Positions 46,820-54,487 of a stretch of DNA of 64,000 bases are shown in pieces (within the stretch, counting starts at the first letter, position 1; each line of letters opens with the position of its first letter). The notes beneath the pieces are model-generated. The model saw nothing but the letters and a program-made list of their open reading frames with translations, was not told where the DNA came from and did no database searches. Origin of the DNA: Bryobacterales bacterium (GTDB taxonomy: Bacteria > Acidobacteriota > Terriglobia > Bryobacterales > Bryobacteraceae); the NCBI GenBank assembly GCA_963707465.1, contig CAVPQK010000028.1:33638-97637 (forward strand), written 5' to 3'. The position numbers and the translations under genes are program-made.

Positions 46820-47596
46820 CTACGCCGGCTCACTACCGGATAGCGCGTCCTCGAGCTGGAGTTCTCCGTCCCTGACCATATCCTGGTACAGCGCCACGTC
46901 TTCCGGATTATCGATTTCGCCCCATTGGCCATCGGTGGCGAAGGTGCTGATGGGGGCCAGCTTTCCGGCCAGCAGCCGGCGCAGCAATCCGGTCACATCA
47001 AGGCGATCGCGGATCGCCGCATCCAGTGTGCTGAGTAGCGCCTCGACAGCACTCCATGCCGACGGCGTGAATTTGAAGAGGCCCATATATTGCCCCTCGA
47101 TATCCTCGATCCGCGCCGTCTTGCCGCCGATCTCCAGCAATTGGCCCGCGGCATCGACCCCGAAGGTTTCGGCGTCGGCCAAGGGATCGGCAAAACGCCG
47201 GGTCCACAGGCGGCGCCAGGCCCGGTCGTAACTGATCACCAACTGGCCCGCCGCAGCGGCCAGGCCGCGCACCAACTCGCCGCGGTAGAAGATGTCGCCA
47301 TAGCTGACGATGACCGGTCCCTCCCGCAGCCAGGTCGCGGCCGCGGCGAGCGACATCACCATATTGGTTTCGGCCCATCGTTCGTTGGCGAAATAGGAGA
47401 CTCCGGGAAAATCGACCATCTCGGCGCGATAACCGCGAACGATCCCGATCTCGTCCGCCCCGCCCCGCCTGAGTGCCGCGATCTGGCGCTCGATCAACGG
47501 CTTGCCTGCGAGCTCGACCAGGCACTTCGGGCGATCGGCGCCCAGATGCCCCATGCGGCTGCCGCGGCCGGCGGCGAGAATAACGGCGCGCATCAT
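46820..47596 (-). CDS. Nucleotidyltransferase (NTP_transf_3/LicC-like; candidate CTP:phosphoglutamine cytidylyltransferase analogue)
   Basis: ORF 46820..48043 is a long false extension. The true start ATG 47596 overlaps the upstream stop (ATGA). MMRAVILAAGRGSRMG..PKCLVELAGKPLIERQI is the sugar-/phospho-nucleotidyltransferase signature. Confidence 0.8.
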   Translation of the reverse strand: MMRAVILAAGRGSRMGHLGADRPKCLVELAGKPLIERQIAALRRGGADEIGIVRGYRAEMVDFPGVSYFANERWAETNMVMSLAAAATWLREGPVIVSYGDIFYRGELVRGLAAAAGQLVISYDRAWRRLWTRRFADPLADAETFGVDAAGQLLEIGGKTARIEDIEGQYMGLFKFTPSAWSAVEALLSTLDAAIRDRLDVTGLLRRLLAGKLAPISTFATDGQWGEIDNPEDVALYQDMVRDGELQLEDALSGSEPA

Positions 47597-48195
47597 GCGA
47601 GCCCGAAAACCTGGCGGAACAGCGCCACGTCGGCAGGCGAGAACTGGGCGGACCGCTCCGGGTGCCACATGATACCAATTATAGGCTCGGCCGAATGGCG
47701 AATCGCTTTGACTACGCCATCGTCGGCGACCGCCCAGACTTCCAGCGGCGGCCGCGAGTCGAAGGCGGCAAAGCGATGATAGCTGTTGACCTCTTTCCGC
47801 TCGCCGTCGATTCGGATCGCCTGACATGGCGCCACATGGCCTTCGACGCGACGTAACGGAATATCGAAACGCTGCTGAACCACTTGCATGCCGCGGCACA
47901 CGCCCAGCACCGGCAGCCCGCGCTGCTGGACCCAATCGAGCAACGCATTTTCGACGGCATCGCGTTCGGGGGCATCGCCGCCCAACGCCGCCAGATCGTT
48001 GCCGCCGGTCAACACCAACCCGCCGATGCCGGCCCCTTCGCACAAAGCCAGAGCCACGTCGGTGACGTTGGGGATCGGCACCGGAAGCAGTCCGCAGGCC
48101 GCCAGGAACTTAGTCCACGCCTGATCCAGGCAATCGCGGCGCTCGCCATAGCCTGGAACCACCCATACCCGCTGGGTGACAGCGACGGCTCTCAT
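47593..48195 (-). CDS. Class I glutamine-amidotransferase-like (peptidase C26) hydrolase
   Basis: Start ATG 48195 overlaps the upstream stop (ATGA). Nucleophile elbow LGVCRGMQ and GIMWHPE His-Glu context. Confidence 0.8.
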   Translation of the reverse strand: MRAVAVTQRVWVVPGYGERRDCLDQAWTKFLAACGLLPVPIPNVTDVALALCEGAGIGGLVLTGGNDLAALGGDAPERDAVENALLDWVQQRGLPVLGVCRGMQVVQQRFDIPLRRVEGHVAPCQAIRIDGERKEVNSYHRFAAFDSRPPLEVWAVADDGVVKAIRHSAEPIIGIMWHPERSAQFSPADVALFRQVFGLA

Positions 48196-51100
48196 GCGAT
48201 GACCAGGACCTTCTGGTTGGTGCAATCCAGGCAAAGCGTTCGCGCCTTCTGCCAGCGCAGGAACAGGGCTTCGCCGGCGCCGATGACAGCGGGAATGCCC
48301 AATTCGCCGGCGCGGATCGCCATGTGTGAATTGGCGCCGCCGAACTGGGTGACGAATCCGCTGATTTCGCGAGTGAAGATCCAGTCGAAGCCTGGATCCG
48401 CGCTGGGCACGAAGAGAATCTTTCCGGCGAAGGTCTCCGGCGGGTCACCGATCGAGGCGACCGGCGCGGTGACGCTCTTTCGCGTAATGAAATTCGGCTG
48501 GCTCGGGGGAAGGTGAAATGCGAACACTTCGGCGGGCGACGCGATGACCGGCGGAAGCACGAGATTGCGTGTCAGCGCGTGACGCTCCCTGCCGCGCGCG
48601 ACACTCTCCAGCAAAGCCTCGCGCACCGAACCGCTTTCGCTATAGAGCGTTTGGATCACGCCGTAATCCAGAAATGCACAGTCCTCTACCGAGAGACCGT
48701 GATCTGCACCCAACTGCCCGATCAGCGACAGAGCGTGGCTCAGGCTTCGCGTGAACACGAACTTCGCATATTCGCGGCCCTCGATGCCGGCCTTGATGAA
48801 CTCGATGAAACTCAAGACATCGATGTCGAGCTCATGTTCCTTGAGCAGATGCTCGATGCGGCGCAACTGCTCGATCGAAAGCGCGAAGCGCGGGGGCGCG
48901 GGCGGCGCCGGCCGGGCACTCAACCAGTCGAAATAGAGATTGGGCGCCTCGTCGTAGCGCGGCGACAGAATGTCGTAGGTCCCCGGCCGGAGGTGGCCGT
49001 AGCGCGCCAGGAAGTCGGGCTTTGGAAGCTGCGCGAAATCCCGCCCGATGCGCGATCCGACGGTATCGACACTGGCCATGAACGCCGCGACCTCTTCGGC
49101 ATTGAGCACGCCCACCTCGATGAAGGACTCGAGCATTTGAACCGCTATAAAGCCGGCCCGCGCGAGACCGGCGAACGGCAGCGTGCCGTACCGCTTGCAG
49201 TCCTCGATCAACCAGTAGATGCGGCTGATCTTGTCGATCTCCGCGTTGCAGATTAACGGGAGCCGCTCGGCCAGCAGGTCGATTTTCGCGCGGTCGCGCC
49301 GCCACAGCGCGGTTTCGCCATGCATGATGCGATTGGTAAGGCGCCGTAAGGCGCGCGAAAGGTCGGCTAGGTCCTGCGGAGAAAATCCGTATTCGGCGAG
49401 CCGGCCCATGCGCTTCGGCAAATCGAGGGCGTAGCAGGAGAAGACGATTTCAAATTCGACCTTATCGTGGAGATGCGGCTCCGACAGGAGGCGATCGATG
49501 TAGTAGTTGACCAGACGCGCGGCGAGATCGTCTGGCAGGTCGCGTGGTACGAAGGAATTGAAGCTGACACGCACATCGATATAAGGCAGTCCGTGAAAGC
49601 TGACCAACAGCGGAAAACTGCGCAGATTCTGGTAGCCGTAATTGTCCCGCTGATAGGCCCAGATCGCGTCGGTGATGAGTTCGCAATAAAGCGACAACGC
49701 CAGAGGCCCAGGCCGCACCCCGATAATCTCGGCCGGGTTCCAGTCCGGCATGACGCCGAAGATCGCGCGGCTGCCGTGCAGGTAGGGATGCGGGCGGCTG
49801 AGCAGCTCGACCTTTCGGGCAACATCGGCCAGCGCGGTGTCGACTTGCGTGTCGGCTGCCCGCCCATGGCGGTCGACGGCGAGAGGGCGCACTTGCAAAA
49901 GGTAGAGCTGCCCGTCATCGCCGAGGGCGAATTCCACGTCTATGGCATCACACCCGAGCGTGGTTTCGAGCTCGCGGACCAGAGCGACGACCGGCGCGAG
50001 CGGCGGTGGGCAGGCATCCGGCCGCGATCGGAGGCACAGAAAGGTCTTGAGATTGTCGCCGGCGCCGGCGGTCACGCGATCGGTCAAGCCGGAATGGTCG
50101 TCGTAATTAATAACGAAGTAGGGACCGCCGCTGGGACTGCGCGAGAAGACCACCCCGGCCATCGCCACACGCTCGAGCATGGGCTGTACAAAGACTTGAT
50201 CGTCGTCTCTTCCGGTGGTGCCTGCATCGTGGGTGAACGAGGCAATCACCCGGTCGATTGCCTGTGCCACGGCGGCGCTGCCGGCAACGCCGAGAACGGA
50301 ATCGTACCTGCCGGCCTGGGAGTTGCGGGCCGCGCCATCCTCGCCCCGTGCACTGCTCCGCACGATGACGCGATCTGAACCCCAGGGAGCCGCCGCGACG
50401 GCGGCCAGCACCCGAGCGGCGTCCGCGCGCCAATCGCCAACCGAGAACCGCACCTGGGGCAGGACGCGCCCGCCGCGCAGAAGGGGCGCCAGCAGTTCCA
50501 GAGATTCCGCCTTCGTTTGGAAGGCGACCGTCCGCACCGGCTGCGCCGCACCGGCGCCATTGCGCCTGGCGCCTAACGCCAGGATGCGATCAACCGCCGC
50601 CGAAACGTCGAGTGACCCATAATTGTCGAGCACCAGGTCGGGCGCTTCGGGCGCCTCCGCCGGCACGTCCAGGCCGACCACGTCGCACGTCTCGCCGCGC
50701 CGCGCCGCCGCGTAGATGCCCTTGGTATCCCGGCGCTCCAGCTCTTCCATCGGGACCCGCAGGTAGATCTCGCGATAACCGGGGATGTTCTCGCGGTTCC
50801 AACGCTGCACCTCGTGAAACAGCGAGATGGTGGCGCAGACCACATCGGCGCCCTGCTCTGCCAGCAACCGGCACAGCCGCGCATTCCGCATCGCCGATCG
50901 CCGCCGATGGTCTGCGCTGTGGTCAAGATCTTCGGCGATCACAGCGCGGAGCGTGTCGCCATCGAGGAAGGTTGCCGCTCGACCGGAGGCTCGCAGCCGG
51001 CTCCACAACTCTCGCCCCAAGGTGGTCTTGCCGGCGCCGGATAACCCGGTAATCCAGTAGACGCGCCCCGGCGTGGCGTGCTGTTCGGCTTCAGGCTGGC

Positions 51101-51218
51101 CTCCCGCCTCTGGTGTGTTGGTCAGCACAGAAGTCTTCAAGCGTTCATGGAGCTGCCGGTCAGCGGCAATCCGGTCCCGGGGTAAATGTGTCAATTGTGT
51201 TAACGATGATGAGCGCAC
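48192..51218 (-). CDS. Bifunctional protein: CysC-like (adenylylsulfate-kinase-family) kinase fused to PPDK/PEP-synthase-like ATP-grasp + phosphohistidine (PEP-utilizer) enzyme
   Basis: N-terminal VYWITGLSGAGKTTLGREL..FLDGDTLR (APS-kinase family). Middle VIVRSSARGEDGAARNSQAGRYDSVLGV (PPDK_N). C-terminal ISGFVTQFGGANSHMAIRAGELGIPAVIG (swivelling phospho-His domain). The exact start is uncertain. Confidence 0.8.
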   Translation of the reverse strand: MRSSSLTQLTHLPRDRIAADRQLHERLKTSVLTNTPEAGGQPEAEQHATPGRVYWITGLSGAGKTTLGRELWSRLRASGRAATFLDGDTLRAVIAEDLDHSADHRRRSAMRNARLCRLLAEQGADVVCATISLFHEVQRWNRENIPGYREIYLRVPMEELERRDTKGIYAAARRGETCDVVGLDVPAEAPEAPDLVLDNYGSLDVSAAVDRILALGARRNGAGAAQPVRTVAFQTKAESLELLAPLLRGGRVLPQVRFSVGDWRADAARVLAAVAAAPWGSDRVIVRSSARGEDGAARNSQAGRYDSVLGVAGSAAVAQAIDRVIASFTHDAGTTGRDDDQVFVQPMLERVAMAGVVFSRSPSGGPYFVINYDDHSGLTDRVTAGAGDNLKTFLCLRSRPDACPPPLAPVVALVRELETTLGCDAIDVEFALGDDGQLYLLQVRPLAVDRHGRAADTQVDTALADVARKVELLSRPHPYLHGSRAIFGVMPDWNPAEIIGVRPGPLALSLYCELITDAIWAYQRDNYGYQNLRSFPLLVSFHGLPYIDVRVSFNSFVPRDLPDDLAARLVNYYIDRLLSEPHLHDKVEFEIVFSCYALDLPKRMGRLAEYGFSPQDLADLSRALRRLTNRIMHGETALWRRDRAKIDLLAERLPLICNAEIDKISRIYWLIEDCKRYGTLPFAGLARAGFIAVQMLESFIEVGVLNAEEVAAFMASVDTVGSRIGRDFAQLPKPDFLARYGHLRPGTYDILSPRYDEAPNLYFDWLSARPAPPAPPRFALSIEQLRRIEHLLKEHELDIDVLSFIEFIKAGIEGREYAKFVFTRSLSHALSLIGQLGADHGLSVEDCAFLDYGVIQTLYSESGSVREALLESVARGRERHALTRNLVLPPVIASPAEVFAFHLPPSQPNFITRKSVTAPVASIGDPPETFAGKILFVPSADPGFDWIFTREISGFVTQFGGANSHMAIRAGELGIPAVIGAGEALFLRWQKARTLCLDCTNQKVLVIA

Positions 51219-51272
51219 CCATTAGGTTACACGGGTGCCTGGCGGGAAATCCAGCCGGCGCCGGCACTCCCT

Positions 51273-51827
51273 TCACTTCGCCGCCGGGTCGCCGTGCTCG
51301 ATGTAGTTCTTCAAACGCAACAACTGCTCCTTCAGGACGGAATCGACCGGCGCAGCCCAGGTATTCAAACCCGCGGGCAAATACCCAGTGACCGCATAGG
51401 TGAATTCGAGCTTGGTGTCGCCCGCTCCGGCGTCGAGTTGAAACTTCATGCTGCCGGCGGCGGCGATCGATTGCAGCGGCCCCAGCGCCCCAGTGAAGAC
51501 GATCGACTTGCCGGGCATCAGCGAGATCACTTCCATATGGCGGACCACCCCGGAGTTGGGCAGTTTCTCGCAGAAGCATCCCATGGCCTTCTCTTCAATA
51601 CTCAGATTGTGGGCGTCGTGTGTGTAGGTGTGCGCCGGGTCCCACCAATCGCCGACGTTATGCACGATCCGCCGGTAGACCTCCTCGGGGGCAGCCCGGA
51701 TGTTCATCGTGGTCTTTATGGTGAAGCCGTTGCTGGCCGAGTCGGCTACTTCCGCGCGTACCGCGCCGGCGCCAAGTGCCAGGGCCATCGGGAAAACGAA
51801 TGCGAGCCTTTTCATAAAATGCCTCAA
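51273..51827 (-). CDS. SRPBCC-fold protein with signal peptide
   Basis: 184 aa. MKRLAFVFPMALALGAGAVRA signal. RAAPEEVYRRIVHNVGDWW fits the START/AHSA1-like pattern. Lies 54 nt upstream of the kinase-fusion gene on the same strand. Confidence 0.6.
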   Translation of the reverse strand: MRHFMKRLAFVFPMALALGAGAVRAEVADSASNGFTIKTTMNIRAAPEEVYRRIVHNVGDWWDPAHTYTHDAHNLSIEEKAMGCFCEKLPNSGVVRHMEVISLMPGKSIVFTGALGPLQSIAAAGSMKFQLDAGAGDTKLEFTYAVTGYLPAGLNTWAAPVDSVLKEQLLRLKNYIEHGDPAAK

Positions 51828-51869
51828 CTGATTCTAAAACACACCCGATCCCGACCGATGATTTTCGCG

Positions 51870-52253
51870 CTACCGACTTTCCTTTACGACCCGTCCGTTG
51901 AGCCGTTGGAGGGGCCGGACATCGTGCGGATAGAGCCTGGCGAATGTGTCGATCTCCTCCGGCGAGATATCCACCGGCGTCTTCAGCACAAACCACCTGA
52001 CTCCCTCGGTACACGGCAGAGCTGGGTCTTTGGGATATGTTCCCAAATCTGTTGAATGGTGGGGTTCGCCCTTCCTGCTTTCAGGAGAACCGCGACGCCG
52101 ACTCCCACAAGCAAGAAACTTCGCTTTCCGGCGGGCCACTCCTGTATCTGCGGGCGCCAAGACCTCGACTATTGCCAGCAGGACAAACGTCATCCAGCCT
52201 TTTCCCAGATGCGAACCGTGCTTAAGCATATCCGGGATCATACAGGTTGGCAC
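51870..52253 (-). CDS. Hypothetical protein (weak call)
   Basis: 127-aa ORF. Only the C-terminal half has coding-like third-position GC. No motif. Confidence 0.25.
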   Translation of the reverse strand: MPTCMIPDMLKHGSHLGKGWMTFVLLAIVEVLAPADTGVARRKAKFLACGSRRRGSPESRKGEPHHSTDLGTYPKDPALPCTEGVRWFVLKTPVDISPEEIDTFARLYPHDVRPLQRLNGRVVKESR

Positions 52254-52302
52254 ACCGTGGGGCGGGCTATTCAGCCCGCGGACCCGCTCTCCAGCGGGTC
52301 CA

Positions 52303-52334
52303 GCCGCCTGGAAAGGCGGCTGCGGCCAAGATTG
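52303..52334. repeat. REP-like palindromic element (copy of 1025..1055) within a cluster of three stem-loops (52262..52345)
   Basis: Consecutive hairpins gcgggc-tattca-gcccgc, ggacccgct-ctcc-agcgggtcc and gccgcc-tggaaa-ggcggc, then ggccaagattggcc. Confidence 0.6.
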
Positions 52335-52363
52335 GCCGCCCTCCAGGCGAGGCGGAATCTGTG

Positions 52364-53381
52364 CTAATCATCCACTCCGTGGAATGCCGGCCCACGCGGT
52401 CCGCCTCCGACTTCCTTGTAGGTATAAAACAATCCGTACGAGAATTTCAGTTCCTCGTACTGACCCCAGGGCGCCGCGTATTCGTACCAGGCCGGCGGAG
52501 CCGGCCGCCAACTTTGTATGTTCGTCGAAATAATCCGATAGTGGCCGGGCTGGGACGCATCGAATGCCGGGCCGTCGTCGGTCCAGTCCTCCAGATCCAC
52601 AGCGAGGCTCCCAATGCCGAAGTCCTTGTAGGCGGCTCTTCGGTAGTATTGAACGCCGGCGGACGCATAGTGCGCGTGAGAGTCACAGGCGACATAAATG
52701 ATGGGATGCCGGCCCGAAAAGCGCAGCGCGGAGATACCGCCCAGCCACTTGCTGAATGCGTGCCGCGAGAGGTATACATCCTGCAGCCGCCAGGGCAAGC
52801 CCGATATTCCGCCGGCGCGAACCAGCCGCAGGGTAACGTGCTCCCAGTCGCCGTAATGTACCCATCCGGACGTGATCGTCGACGACCCGGCCGATAGTCA
52901 AGTGAAATTTGGCTGGACCGTTGAACGGATAGAAGAACCAGAACTGAAGATCGAGGTAACTTCGATCCGCGCCTTCGAGCACGGAGACAAATGCCTTGGC
53001 GCGCGACTGGTTGCCGGAAATCACACTGTCGGAGAGGTGCAACCAGCAACGGAAATCCGGCCGCGACGCGCGTGGATCGTCTTGCGCCCGCCGCCACGCG
53101 GTGGGGAGATCGGTGCCCGCAACAATCGCGGCGGTGCGCACGCCTTCCATCGAAAAAGTCTCGTACGTGTCGGGATGATGAACGAGACCCCACTGCAGAG
53201 CCGTCTTCCCTGAATTCAGAATATATTCCGGATCGTCCATCAGGTACCGCTCCTTCGAATGCAGTTTCATCACGGGTCCGAAGGCTTGAATCAGTTGCTC
53301 GACCTCCGCCTTCGACAGGGCGCTGCCGCCAAAGGCAGGCAGCGTGACCAGGGAGTTGATCAACAGAAATGCGCAGCGCAT
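52364..53381 (-). pseudogene. Vps62/DUF946-like gene interrupted by a single frameshift
   Basis: ORF 52683..53381 (..LDLQFWFFYPFNGPAKFHLTIG) and ORF 52364..52798 are one gene in two frames. The downstream frame, read upstream of its first Met, gives GWVHYGDWEHVTLRLVRAGGISGLPWRLQDVYLSRHA. The frame switch must lie between 52866 and 52897 (frame-B stop at 52898..52900). Confidence 0.7.
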
Positions 53382-53649
53382 TATTCCCTATGCGTGCTAC
53401 GCGGATTACAATACCACGGTTTTTCCGATTTCACCGCGCGGCTGCAAGGCCGGGGCGCCTTCACGCAACGAAGTCAGCCCGTAATCTCATGAAAACACAA
53501 GCCAGGCACGCCCAGCCTCCCTCGCCGCCGCCGTATTGCCGTGCTACCCTGATATCGGGAAAACTCCCGCCGCTCGCCGCAAGGCGTTCTGCCGGAAGCA
53601 CCCGTGCTCTTTGACCAATTTCAACCGCAGCCGGGCGCAGCCCCACGGC

Positions 53650-54178
53650 AGCCGACGCAACAAATGCAACGTGATGCAACGCTCCACCGAAAAACGCGAC
53701 ATGTCGGGAATTTTCGGAAGGCCCAATTCCAGAGACCGGTGTCCTGTCGGCGTTTAGCCGTGCCGCGCAACAAAATGCAACCAAACGCAACATGTCAACG
53801 AAAAAACGCTAAGCGCAACAGCCCGAGCGCCGGTGCCCTATCGGCGTTCATCGGCGGCCAATATGCCTTTTGCGAAGCGAACCCAATTCCAGAGACCGCG
53901 CAACAAATGCAACCAACGCAACACGTCAACGAAAAAACGATAAGCGTAACAGCCCGAGCGCCGGTGCCCTATCGGCGCTCATCGGCGTTCATCGGCGGCC
54001 AATATGCCCTTTGCGAAACGAACCCAATTCCAGAGACCGCGCCACAAATGCAACCTAACGCAACACGTCAACGAAAAAACGAAAACGATGCGCGTAACAG
54101 GCCCGAACGCCAGCGTCCTGCCCGTTGAGACAAAAATGGGCACCACCGCGGGAATTTTCGGAAGAACCCAATTCCCCG
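53650..54178. repeat. Degenerate non-coding tandem repeat array, about 4 units of ~110-160 bp
   Basis: Anchor cccaattcc(agagaccg) at 53722, 53882, 54023 and 54167. Anchor gc(a/c)acaaa(a)tgcaac at ~53657, 53767, 53900 and 54041. Shared core ..aacgcaaca(c/t)gtcaacgaaaaaacg..agcccgagcgccggtgccctatcggcg..catcggcggccaatatgcc.. The array is flanked by gggaattttcggaag at 53706 and 54150. Confidence 0.85.
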
Positions 54179-54487
54179 TGCCCCAAAATACCGGAGCCTT
54201 AACTCAAGCGCGGCAACTGCAAGCAAATGCTCAGGTTAACCAGGCGCCTCCGTGAAATTGGGATTGTTTGGTCAGCGCACCGCGTCTCCCGCGAGCGCCC
54301 AACTCGGCCCGGGGCGCCTCAGCCGTTGGGGCCGGCTGGTACTGGCCGGCACGCTGGCGCCGTTTGGGCGCCGCTCGATGGAACGCAATGCAACACCAAA
54401 AGCGAAAGAACGTCACCTGGTGGCCTCGGCGGGCCTGAAGTACACGTATGCGCCATGAGCCGCCCATGAAGCAGTAAGCTGGATGGG

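Noticed and set aside
50600-51218. Annotating the N-terminal kinase domain as assimilatory cysC
   Set aside because: No cysD/cysN/cysH are nearby. The domain is fused to a PPDK-like enzyme and coupled to GATase-like and nucleotidyltransferase genes, which matches the phosphoramidate pathway context better. It remains to be tested.
53604-54128. 174-aa ORF and neighbouring small ORFs in the 53.4-54.5 kb gap
   Set aside because: They run through the tandem repeat array and give repeated peptide segments. They have poor codon composition and no RBS, so I treat them as non-coding.
53650-54178. Could the tandem repeat array be a CRISPR array?
   Set aside because: The units are ~110-160 bp and are homologous along their whole length. 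There is no alternation of short identical repeats with unique spacers, and no cas genes are in the window.
54434-54458. Sigma32-like promoter (cCTGAA-N13-gCCATgA) upstream of clpB
   Set aside because: The match to the heat-shock consensus is partial, and the consensus for this phylum is unknown to me. It is mentioned only as context and not called as a feature.
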